A DNA stretch of 64,000 nucleotides from Vermamoeba vermiformis. Lineage: Eukaryota. Below the pieces are notes generated by a model. It had not been told where the DNA came from, ran no database searches, and saw only the letters and a program-made list of their open reading frames with translations. Made by a program: the position numbers and the translations under genes. The stretch spans positions 310,001 through 374,000 of the forward strand of contig JBEWZL010000216.1 of the NCBI GenBank assembly GCA_045837725.1. Direction: 5' to 3'. Of the stretch, positions 40,155 through 52,114 are shown one piece after another; position 1 is the first letter of the stretch; each line of letters starts with the position of its first letter.

Positions 40155-41790
40155 ATGAAGAGCACAGTGCTGTTGATTGCTGCACTGTTGACTATTAGCT
40201 GCGTCACTATAGTGCGTGCACAGCCCTTGCCTACCGTGCTGTGGCATGGCGTAAGTGTCATTAGCAAAATAAATATTTGTTCCTCGTTACTAATATTAAT
40301 CATTATTGTGTAGATAGGTGATACATGCTGTTACTCTTTCAGGTATAATGATACATTAATATTTAATAAAACGGTTGATTTGGATAAATTTTAGTAATAT
40401 TTTCATTATTTTTCCAATCAATCGTTCTTTATTGCCATATTTCGTTGTTATGGTTACTAATTCAATTATTAATATAGCATGGGTCGAATTCAGAAAATAA
40501 TTGAAGAGAATACCGGTGCTTATGTACATAGCTTGATGATTGGAAATACAATCGAAGAAGACGAGTTAAATGGATTCTTTATGAATATTAACGAACAAGT
40601 ATGGTTCCACCTTACCACCAATAAGTGTATATTAATTGCTATTAGGTTGACTTTGCCTGCGCGAAATTGAAAGCAGATCCGAAATTGAAAAATGGCTTTA
40701 ACGCAGTTGGATTCTCTCAAGTACGTATCAACATGATTTCTATACAATGTTAGATGCTTTGCGATAATATATTGCATTCCTGCGATTTGACAAACAATTC
40801 TTCGCTGAATTTCAGCTGTCACAATAAAGACAAAAATTAGTTTTAATCACATTAATTTTAAGCACTGCAATTTCCGCGAGTTATTCGCGACAAATAGGGA
40901 CTAATTTATGAATATATTGTGATGCGGTGCTTAATTTTAAAGGTGCTTGTGTACTGACATTGCAATACTTTGCAGGGTGGATTATTCATGCGTGCTTATG
41001 TCGAGAGTAGGACTTTACGGCCATAAATAAGCCCGTATAGTACATATTAACGTGTTCTATTAGGGTGCAATGACCCACCTGTCAAGAACTTGATCTCCAT
41101 TGGTGGTCCGCATCAAGGAGTCTACGGCTTCCCTCACTGCATGGGCGCGACTTGGACGGTGTGCGAATACATCCGCGAGCTGTTGGACTACGGCGTGTAT
41201 ACCTCATTCGTGCAAGACAATCTCGTGCAAGCGGAGTATTGGCAGGTAGGGCCACTCACATTTGACACGTGACCCAGTGATTGCGAAGTCATATTACAGC
41301 CTCCTTAATGGTATTATACTAATAGGACCCGTTGTATCCCGACTACTACCTCAAGTACAACATCTTCTTGCCCGACATCAACAACGCACTGCCCACCAAG
41401 AACGCTACGTACAAACAACACATGCTCGAGCTCAACAACTTGGTGCTCGTCATGTTCACCGAGGACGAGATGGTTCAGCCCAAAGAGAGCGAGCAGTTTG
41501 GATTCTACGTGCCTGGCCAAGACAAACAAGTACGTACGCTGAATTTCCTTTGTATTGCCGCAAGCTCCAGTACTGAAAACTGACGTGACACCTGTCACTA
41601 GGTACTGACCATGCGCGACACGCCGCTGTACAAAGAAGACTGGCTCGGACTGCGAGTGTTGGACCAATCACAGCGCTTGCATCTGTTGGAGGTCGCAGGG
41701 GATCATTTGCAGTTCACTGACACGTGGTTCGTGCAGTCCATTGTTGGTCCGTACCTCAACAGCACCACTTCCAAATCAGGCAAGTACTAG
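40155..41790 (+). CDS. PPT1: Palmitoyl-protein thioesterase 1
   Basis: Signal peptide; motifs PTVLWHG, GFNAVGFSQGG, NLISIGGPHQGVYGFP, VQAEYW, FTEDEMVQPKESEQFGFY and GDHLQF. Confidence 0.95.
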
Positions 41791-41972
41791 TGCTGATCAG
41801 TCGTGTACAGTAGTAAGATAATAAATAGGACTCGTATTAGAATAAATTAGTAACTATCGCTTTACTTTGTCCTTTACAAACAAAATCAGACAGTATCTAA
41901 ACTGCCCATCTTTTTTACATATTTACAACAGAAGATTATTTGGGTATTTGTTATTGTCGAGTGTTCGTTATA

Positions 41973-43410
41973 TTACATTGACAACAGCTCTTCGACAACG
42001 GCAACAAGATTGCCATTGTGCTTGGCCAACAAAGGCAAAATCTTGGTTTGATCGCTGAAGCCCATGCCCTCGAGCACGGCCAAATCAGCCTTCTGTTGCT
42101 CAGTCAATGCGACAGTAGTAGCTGGCTTCTCTTCCACTTGTTCGGACTTCTCGATCTCAAAGTGCTCGATGAGCTCGGCCAACTCGCTCTCGCTCAAGTC
42201 GTCATTGCCGACAGGGGCAACCTCGGGTTGAGGAGCAACTTCAGATTGCACGACGGACTCGGCTTGTTTGGGCTCAGAGGTAGAGAAGAGCAACAAGGGA
42301 GGGAAGTAGATTTGACCATTTTCCTTGCGTTCTTTTTGCTCATCTGATTTCGTATCACAATTAGAATCTTGTCGAATCTACCGATAAAGAATGACAAATA
42401 AACACTTACCAGCCTTATTGCGAACTTCTTTGGCGACTTCTTGGCTCAATTTCTTGACTTCGGATTTGAGGATGGCAAACTCGGACAAGAAATCGTCAGT
42501 GGTTTGCTTGGCAAAGTTGCCAATGCCTTGACCAATCTCGCCGGCCTTGTCTTGGCAGACCTTCAAGTGCTTTTGACAGACCTGAAAGCGGATTAGTTTT
42601 TATTTTTCCGAGCTGCCACGATGCGAAATTGAACTTACCTCAACCAAGTGAGTAATCTTTGCAGGGATGTTCAATTGACCAACCAAGGTAGAGATGGACT
42701 AAATGCGAGTATTAATTGCCTGCTAGCAATCGAAATGGAATTTTGATCGACTTACGGAGACAAACTTTTGCAAATTGCGTTCGATAACCTTCAACAAATC
42801 AAACTCGTGGAGCTTTTGAATTTGTCTTTGAGGCTCAGGAGCAGGCTTTACTTCAGGCACAGGCTCGATGACTTGAGGACGAACAGCAGGATAAAGGGAT
42901 TCAAGTTTGGCATACTTGGGTTGCAATTCCTCGGGCTTTTCCTCAATAGGCTTGACCTCAGCTGAGAATAAACCAGGTTAATAGATGTAGAGCGATTTTC
43001 AATTTGTTTTTGTTGAAATTTCTAAAAAAATTAATAAAGACGGATCACGATAAAATTTAATTTCAGAGAAGCCGGATTTCTACCTGGCTATTATTCCAAT
43101 TTTGATAATTACCTTTAACTACGGGCTTGACTTCAACCTTGCTTTCGGCCAACTCGATATATTCGTTTACGAACAAGCGCAAGACTTGGGGAGCGGGTTG
43201 GTGCTCGATTTGACGGAAAGCTTCTTTGAGTTCGAGATCTGAGAAGATGGAGATGATGTCACCGTCTTCATCCTTGTATTTGAGAACGTAGCCATCAGCC
43301 AAGGTGGGGAAGAGGGTCTTGACGAGTTTGCGCAGCTCTTCGAAGGATGCAGTGCCGTCGAAAGCAATGCGCTTAATTTCGTTGCCCAGGGTGACTTTAA
43401 CAATATACAT
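41973..43410 (-). CDS. PB1 + C-terminal UBA protein (p62/NBR1-like architecture)
   Basis: PB1 IVKVTLGNEIKR...LKYKDEDGDIISIFSDLELKEA; UBA LAVLEGMGFSDQTKILPLLAKHNGNLVAVVEELL. Confidence 0.8.
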
Positions 43411-44066
43411 ATTTGATGATGTGTGGTTGTGAGTTGATGAAAGAAGGGAGAATGACGAGTTTTTGCGCTTTTATGTTTTTTTGCGCAAAATTGAAAATCA
43501 GCGAAAACCCCTGATTGGTTCGTGTTTTTTGGGTTATTTCGTGCTGCTATTATCTGTTTGATGCCTAATTTGCGTTTTTAATCATTTACGAAATCCCAAC
43601 GACCGCTGACTCAGCTTTGCGCGTCTTGTTCGGCAACTGTCCCAAAACGCGTTTCAGTGTTTCAGTTCCCTAACAGGACCGAGCACACACCACGCTCTAG
43701 GCATTGGCTTGATCACGTTGCTTGCCGCGGCGTTCTATTCCACGCTGAGTTTCGCATTTCTAAACTCCGATCGCCCGTGTTTCTTGGATTGGATCCACCC
43801 TTCATTTCTCTACCCATCCCGCGATTCAAATTAATTATCTTCACGAGACAAATCGGATTAACGTTCATTTGCATATACATGGCGCCGGACGGCTCGCGAT
43901 CCGCGGACCATTAATGCCCGTAGAAATTTGACCGAAAATTGTGCGTCGTGTTCATTCGTTTTCTGCGGCTAATAAGTTTGAAAGATACGAGCAGCCAACG
44001 AGGACACTACTCACTATCACCTGCACTTTCCGTCCAAGGGCCTTGATTTGAATAGACGCCGGCGGG

Positions 44067-46904
44067 ATGGCTGATCAAACAGTATGTCAAGTGATGGGGA
44101 GAATAACGTGAATATATTGGTTTAATTATTTTTAAAATAGCAAATACAACCTAACCCGAATTTTGCTTGGGTAATATCAGAAGAGCAACGTATTCAATTT
44201 CAAAAAGATTTCAAACTCGTAGATACAGACCAAGATGATTTTTTAACAGGTAAACAGCATCGAACTCGATTTATAATTACTTCTTAGTTCGTAAATAAAT
44301 AATCACAATATTTTTATGATTCATTTCAAATTCCATTTCATTAAATTTTCATATTAATAGGCGAGCAGGCCCGTGACTTATTTATGGGCAGTGGTGTACC
44401 CGTCGATGATCTCGTGCATATATGGTAATTTAATTAATATAACATGTAGAATATCAATGTGACCAGTCGTTTAAAGGCGTTTATCGGATCGAGATGGCGA
44501 CAACAGACTGAGCGAGATGGAGTTCGCTATTGCTCGTTTTCTTATATATGCACGTCTCAATGGTCAGAATGTCAACATGGAAAAAGTACCAGACAGTTTA
44601 ATTCAAAGCATTCTCGGTGCGTAACATTTCAATCGTGCTTAGTACGAAACCACAGTTACCTAATAAGGCAATAGAGAATGATCCTCGACCTGAACCAGTA
44701 AAGAAATCGAGCTCTCACAGCGACAAGAAGATGGCGCGACAAAACTCGAGTAAATTGCCCAAAGTACATCCGTCACCAAACGAGAAAGACAAAGAGAAAG
44801 AAAAAGAAAAAGAAGCGGAGAAAGAGAAAGCAAAGGCTGCAAAAGTAGCAGCACGTGACAAGAAGAAAACTGTAAGTAGTGCGAGCGGAATAATTTAGCG
44901 AGTGGTGCTCGGACTGACACGTGTCAAATGGCTCGCAGGCGCAGTTGAGTGCCAAACAGTGGGCCATCAGCAGTGGACAGCGCAAGAAGTACAAAGCAGT
45001 CTTCAAGCAACACAACAAGAACGGCTTCATCAATGGCCAGCAGGCTCTCGTGCTCTTCGGGGCCTCAAAACTGCCCAACGAGATACTCGCGCAGATTTGG
45101 TCAGTGAATAGTTCCGTGGTCGCGAATCTGTTGTCCTAATTAGGAATGCATTGTTAGGGCCCTGTCAGACATGGATCACGACAATCAGCTCAGTCAACAA
45201 GAGTTCTTTGTGGGGCTGCACTTGATCAGCAAAGTGCGCGAGGTGAGTGTCACGTGACGTGTTGGTGCGAGTCGTTGATTGACACGTGTCAAACAGGGAT
45301 ATGATCTGCCTGAGACTACACCTGCAGCACTCGTAGCGTCTGCCTCGAAGGTATGTTAGTTAATAGTGTGAAATCTCATTTGACACGTGTCATTCACTGA
45401 ACAGCGCTCCAAGTCAAGTTCCAAGCCGTCAAAGAAGTCTTCGGGCAATTTGAAGAACAGCGGCAATCAAATGACACCTGTCAATACTGATGTAGCGGCC
45501 AATCCATCAACTGTCAATCAGCCGCCTGTCACTGAAGTGCCGGTACGTATCGATGTTTGACACGTGTCATGGTTGCATTCTGACACTTACACAGCGCACT
45601 GCCTCGCGCACTGACACGTCACCCCTCGCCACGATCAACGCGACCATTAACACTTCACAACCCGTCACTAGCTCGCGTATGACACCTGTCATTCCTGAAT
45701 TCTCCATGGACCAAGAACTTGCCTTGTGGGATCAGAACAGTGACACTGTGAAGCGAGCACGTGACTATCAATTGAGTCTCGAGAACGAAGTGTCACAGAT
45801 CTCGCTTGCTATTGGTCGATTAGTGAGTAAAAATGGATATTTTACAGCTCTCTTAACAAAGTATTCCTTTTATAGAAAGTGCTCGAAGAAGGCATGGCAG
45901 ATCGATACAACTACCGCGTGGAGCAGTACAAGTTGTTGGAGTATCAAAAGAACAAGTTCCAACTCATCTTGAGCAACATCATGGAGCAGTGCAAAGGTAA
46001 GCACGTGATGGTGTTACAGGCCTCTGATTGACACGTGTCACTCGCAGGTGAGGAAGAAGAGTTGAATGAACTGACCAGCGAGCTGAAGACACTGTGGCAC
46101 GAGATGGAAGAGCAGCAAAAGATTGTTGCAGATCCGAGCTACGAGCCCCAACAGATCAAACTCAAGCGCAAACAGATCGGCGAGGAGTTCGATCACGTCA
46201 AACAGCTCTACGTGCAGTCCAAGGACGAGTACGATGCGCTCGTGAAAGAGATTGAGTTGTTGCGTGCTGAAGTGGCGCAGTCCTCGTCCAACGAACAGCT
46301 GCAGCACTTCAACGAACAGTTCGCCTCCATGCAAGTCACGGACTCTGATCGCGCCAAATTTCAAGGAGATTTCGATGCCAAGCAAGAGTTCGACTTCAGT
46401 GACTTGGACGCACAGCCAGCACAGAGTGGCTTGGACTTTGAGCACTTCAGCTTCAAGCCGAGTCAAGAGCACAATCTGGCCTCTTTCACCAACACGATGG
46501 ACATGTTGAGTCCACCGACCTTGACTGACATGCACAGCGAGTTCACTGAAGACACCGAGTCCGTGAGTCAGCACGAGGATGGCTTTGACGACTGGATGAC
46601 GCAGACAGCGATTGCCATGTCGCTCAATCAGCCTGCCACCAAAGATCAGTTGCAGCGCATTGACTCGCTCAAAGCACTCGAGCAAGGTGGAGCACCACCT
46701 GAGGACAATCCATTCGGCACGACTCCAGTCAAAGAGCGCGGTCGACGCAAGTCTAGCGTGGGCTCCACGACGAGCACTAGCAGTGCCAACAAAAAGGCGC
46801 TCAAAGAAGCGGAAAAACAGAAGAAAAAAGCTGAAAAAGATGCTAAGAAGCGCGACAAAGTCCTGCAGCGCCAAGACAGCAAGAAAAAGAACAAGGTGCA
46901 CTAG
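44067..46904 (+). CDS. EH-domain endocytic adaptor (Eps15/Ede1-like)
   Basis: Two EH domains (WVISEEQRIQF...LVHIW; WAISSGQRKKY...LPNEILAQIWALSDMDHDNQLSQQEF), a coiled coil, and an acidic tail with an NPF motif. Confidence 0.85.
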
Positions 46905-47534
46905 TCTGTTCGTGCTGCATTGTAGTTATTAGGTATTAAAGCAATTGTTTAAGCTAGTACCAGGCTTTCCCACGAACCAGTTTCCGCAACCCCTTCGTAA
47001 ACTGCCGCTTAGGTTCTTGGATTGAGTGGAGTAGCTTCTTATATTGCTGGCCAGTTCTTCAAATCAGCGGAATAAAGATACACGTCATCATGAGGTCGGA
47101 ATACGAGTTGAACTATTTTTCTTATCGGCTACATGATTAGTATTGAGAGCAATCGATTACCGAGTTTTTAGTGAGCGACGTCATCAATTTTGATAAACTA
47201 ACAGTTAATACTAGTATTATCCCTCCCGCATTTTCTGTCGGCGATAATGCCGATTGTCATCAAGTGTCAACTTGTTATTCAATACTTTTGCATAACCCGA
47301 GCTGTAGACAACATAAGCCTGGGTAATTAAGAGGTTTGTAATCTTCTTGGCTCTCACCAATTTACATCTCATTGTTGGTTATTTTCGCATCATTTTAAAT
47401 GTTGCGAAGAATAACACCACACCAACACCATTGAAGTGATAACTGTTCTCCACTTATAACTTAATGACGTGCACGGCCCTTGGAGAACTCGCCACCCGAC
47501 CCGTGCAACTCGTGGTTCGGTGGTGAGTTCCAGG

Positions 47535-50428
47535 ATGCGCATCTCAAAGTTATAGATGGCGGTTACAATAACATGCCTATTTTGCAATTAATAATTGTGT
47601 AGAGTACTCGCTTGCTTCCTGATTGTGACCTTCGTGATCCCCAGTTATCAGCAACTGGCAATGCCTCAAGCTCGCACGAGTTCCATATCGTGGAGTGATT
47701 TAAGCGGAGTTTTTTGGTTATTCGGCGGAAGTCTTCCATCTGGTGGTATGAAATCTTGGCATTTCGAGTGTGAATAATTCAATAGACGAATCTTTTATTA
47801 GATTATCTGAATGACCTTTGGTCGTACAAACCTTCGTCAAATCAATGGACGTTCATCAGCGGCAATAGCACTGCAAGCCAAACAGGAATATACGGAGATC
47901 TTGGTGTTCCATCAAGTTCAAATATTCCCGGTGGTCGAGGTAACTCTGCGTCGTGGATAGATTCGAACGGAAAACTTTGGTTGTTCGGAGGAAGTGGGTT
48001 CGGTGCAAAAGATCTTGGTAAAAATTCTTTCGATATTCCAAAGCAATACTGAAGTGTGTTATGTGTAGGCAAATTGAACGATCTTTGGAATTACAACCCC
48101 TCAACGAATCAATGGACCTGGATGGGCGGAAGTACTGAGACCTCTCCAATAGCGAGTGTCTACGGAGAGCAAGGAATACCATCAAATTCGACTGGGCCAG
48201 GCCTACGCTTTATCTCGACATCTTGGATTGATTTGAATGGAACCTTTTGGTTGTTTGGTGGAGTTGGCTACGGCGAATCTACAAGCAATTTTCGTAGGTA
48301 TTAATGTCACTTGGCATCATTAATCAAGATGATTTAGCGCCTTTGAATGACTTATGGAATTATAATCCTTCAACAAATCAATGGACTTGGATGCACGGAA
48401 GTAAGCAAGGCGATCAACAAGGCGTACTTGGAATACAAGGAACTTCGTCGTCTTCGAACTTTCCTGGGGCGCGATATGGCGCAGTCTCGTGGACGGATGT
48501 GACCGGCAGGCTTTGGCTATTCGGCGGTACTGGTGTAGGTAACGGTGGTGGAACAACATATGGTAAGTTTTGAGCTCGTAATGAACTCTAAGTACTCATG
48601 TATGTTCATTATAGGCTCCTTGAACGATCTTTGGAATTATAACCCTTCAACGAATCAATGGACCTGGATGAGTGGAAATGACACGCTGAATCAAGTTGGG
48701 GTGTTTGGAGCTCAAGGAACTCCATCAAGTGCAAATTTGCCTGGTGGTCGAGGCAGCTCTGTGTCATGGACAGATTCGAACGGAAAACTTTGGCTATTTG
48801 GTGGATCTACTTCAAGAGGTAAACTGCTGATGAAAATTGAACGCTTTCAAATGAATTAAGTGAATATTCATAAGGGAGGGTGAATGACCTCTGGAACTAC
48901 AATCCTTCAACGAATCAATGGACTTGGATCAGTGGAAGTAACCTGCGTGGGCAACCAGGTGTCTACGGAACTCAAGGAGTACCATCACCTTACAATGTTC
49001 CAGGTGCCCGTAGTGGCTCAGTGTCGTGGATTGATTCGAATGACAATTTTTGGTTATTTGGTGGTGATGGTTTGTACAACGTGAGTGGCCGGCCCGGGGT
49101 GTATTCCGGTAAGTTTCTTGTAATAGAATTCAAAGAGAGTACTAAGAATTATCATCAGGAAGCTTGAATGACCTGTGGAGTTTCAATCCGTCAACAAATC
49201 AATGGACCTGGATGAGTGGAATAGATCCGGCAACTTTAATACCGGTAGTAACGCCAGTAACACCGGTAGCTCCGCCATTAGCTGTACCTAGTGCTTCAAT
49301 TCCTTCACCTTCAGACGTACAACCTCAGGGTAGTGGTACCCCGCAAGAAGAGATTACTCAGGGTAATGGTATGCCTCAAGAAGAGATTATAGCAATTGCC
49401 GTTAGTATCCCTGTGGTAGTTGTCGGTGTCGGTGCGATAATTCTAGGTGTGTTGCTTGGATTGCGCAGAAGAAGAAAGACCAACAAACAGAAGAATCAGC
49501 AGGTTGACAATCCAATATCGCTCATTCCAATATCTGATAAGCGATCGATTCCATTCAAGTTCGTAACACTAGAGGAAGAAATAGGAGCTGGCTCTTACGG
49601 AAAAGGTAAGGCAATTGGGTGCTAATATTATTCGGTTACTAAAAACGGCTTTAATAAGTCTACATCGGTAAATGGCGATCAACGAAAGTTGCAGTCAAAG
49701 TCGGCAACGCAGCTATTTCCACCGAGCAATTTATAAAGGAGGCGGAACTTCAAATGAACATCCCTCCTCATCCCAACATTGTTCAATTGCTCGGAGTCTC
49801 AACAGATGGTCCCAGACCTTTGGTAGTGCTGGAATATTGCAACGAAGGCAGTCTCGACAAGCTCCTATTTGATAGTAACGAGAGGCTATCGACCGAAAAG
49901 CAATTAACGATTGCCCATTCAATCGCCAAAGGGCTGGATCATTTGCACGGAAACAACATTGTGCATCGCGATCTTGCTGCTCGAAATATATTAATTCACA
50001 ACGGAGAAGCAAAAATATCAGACTTCGGATTGTCGAGAGCACTGAAAGAAGAATCGCAAGTCGGAAAAACAGCCTCAACGATTGGTCCTATTCGATGGAT
50101 GGCTCCTGAATCGATAGGCAGTCGGGCCTATAGTACAAAATCTGACGTGTGGATGTTTGGAATTGTTTTGTACGAGATAACAGCGAGACAAGAGCCACAC
50201 ATTGGCGAGGATCAATTGACCAGTGCCATAAAAATTCGAGACTCGGGATTGACGCCGACGATACCCGAAGATTGTCTGCCAATACTGCGTGAGATCATGC
50301 ACATGTGCTGGCAACTGGACCCCAACATGCGACCGGTAAGTAACGTAATTATATTTGCTAAGGGTGTGCAATGATTTGATTATTTGTAGACGATGGCGGA
50401 GATCTGTCATAAACTTGATGGACAGTAA
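47535..50428 (+). CDS. Receptor kinase: signal peptide, kelch-like beta-propeller, TM helix and tyrosine-kinase(-like) domain
   Basis: Signal peptide MRISKVLACFLIVTFVIP; six NDLW-initiated repeats (consensus NDLWxYNPSTNQWTW...WLFGG); TM IIAIAVSIPVVVVGVGAIILGVLLGL followed by RRRRK; kinase motifs GAGSYG, VAVK, HRDLAARN, DFG and GPIRWMAPE. Confidence 0.9.
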
Positions 50429-50642
50429 GGCAGATAGATTGACGCTTGTTGTGTGAAAATGATGTTAACTCTCCCAAGATAAATAAACCGCCCGTCGAGC
50501 ACCACATTATATTAATATCAGCGCCACGTTTGTTAAATTTATCGCGATAATACAACTAGGACTAAATAAATTTCACCTACGGGCTGCTTGGTGAAATGAA
50601 AAAATGCAGATCCGTACTCAACTCCAGCCAGGCAAAAAGAGA

Positions 50643-50800
50643 AGTACGGCCACGGGGGGTCGAACCCCGTCGTTGAGAACTGAAAACCTTCCGACTGATT
50701 TCATGAGCGATAAACCTAGTGTCATCATAATGAAATGATGTTTCGTATTAAGTATGTAAACCGCCACGACTCTCAACGCCATCCGCTATGCAGCCGTACT
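50643..50800 (-). ncRNA. tRNA-like structured Pol III-type RNA (not a canonical tRNA; vault-RNA-like, tRNA-derived ncRNA or SINE)
   Basis: Terminal stem AGTACGGCT/GGCCGTACT; A-box-like GCATAGCGG; stem CGTTGAGA/TCTCAACG; T-arm/B-box ACGGGG-TTCGACC-CCCCGT; TTTTT terminator at 50634-50638. Confidence 0.7.
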
Positions 50801-51108
50801 GTGAATATGCCGTATTCTACTGCTTAATTCTGGTCCAACAGGCGCTACACCAAAAGTTATGGGATGAAGACTACCGCGGTCTTGCTTTCTGTTAAAATTC
50901 GCAAAAAGTGTGAGCAACCTGTTTGTTACATCTTTCTGTTGTCTCTGTATGTCCATTCTGTCGGTTAGCTAAGGTCTACTCTTGCCTGGTTCTTTCTTTA
51001 ATTGCTCTTCTAATTGTAACAATTCACGTCATTAATAATAACACTGCGCTGTTCCATTCAACGGATTTTAATGAACATAATACAAAGGGAAGAGGTCTTG
51101 CTATCTAT

Positions 51109-51929
51109 TTACACCTTGAGTACTTTAACCTCGTCATTGATCGTATTCAGCGTGGCAATCAGTTGTTCTACTTCAGATCTGGTCAGTTCCAGTACGACGT
51201 CTTTCTTGCCGCTATCGGAGTTGATTGTTAAGTTCAATAGGAGGACTGCCTTTCTAGTCGTGGCAATTTTGTCACTAGCCATAGTCAACTGATGATAACA
51301 ACGGTCAGTACGCGTTGAATTTCAGATGCGCTACTTACATTCAATTTCCAATCAAAGTCACTCAAATATGACTTAGAAATGCGTGTCGAATCGTCAACTA
51401 ACTGTTTTCTAATCTCACTGTTGCGTGCCTTCAGTACACTCAATATAACTGGTACAAATTCTTTTGATACATCTGCGCGCGTCAGATCAGCCTCGATCTG
51501 TTGTTGTATTCATCGATTAGCTCGATTCATTGTCACTGCTTATCATTACCTGTTCACCGCTCAAAGACAGACTAACAGCTTGCTTCACAAGTATTTTGTA
51601 GGCCTCAACAATGGCATCAAGTTCTGCTGCGTCGATCGAGGAGTAATTTTCAGCGTTGAATTCTGCGCCTAATGAATCGACGACGTGATGCAAGAACTGA
51701 TGGACGATTAGTATTATTGAAGGTAATTAATGACCAAAATAATGGAAAATTAATACGAAAAATACAAATAAATAATCAGCCATGAGACTAGGCCTAGTTA
51801 AATATGTACCTGTTCAACACCGAGTTGACTGAATTTTTCAATGCGTTTCAAACACTTTTTGAGCAACACGCGCTTGAAGGGACTGTTGTCTGGCAAACAC
51901 GCAAAATCACTCTGTCTCTCCTCTGCCAT
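51109..51929 (-). CDS. COMMD8: COMM domain-containing protein 8
   Basis: Four exons; COMM domain YLSDFDWKLNLTMASDKIA...VLLLNLTI...VVLELTRSEVEQLIATL. Confidence 0.8.
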
Positions 51930-52114
51930 GCTGTATAATTGACTATAGTGCTGTATCTATAATTAATATATTGATGCACGCGATGAGATCGAGGCTGTGC
52001 TATTCAACTGCAGCGAGTGCAATAAAAAATAATTTGATTTTAATGGATCAAAGTATTGCAGCTCGCAATAGAGCACCATATATCAGTGTAATATAATACC
52101 ATTAATTATATATA

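Noticed and set aside
46038-46901. Long antisense ORFs (also 128-526, 20005-20508, 23545-24156, 38778-39383, 55837-56358 and 56666-57187)
   Set aside because: They are shadows of codon-biased exons on the opposite strand and have no recognisable motifs.
46930-47530. Possible gene between the EH gene and the receptor kinase
   Set aside because: Only short frames interrupted by stops, with no consistent splice model or motif.
50643-50800. Canonical tRNA-His/Thr, tRNA-Sec, tmRNA or telomerase RNA
   Set aside because: Acceptor and T-stem registers, U8/U33 and the D-arm do not fit a standard tRNA. There is no UCA anticodon, no G3-U70 pair, and no C-rich telomere template on the predicted transcribed strand.
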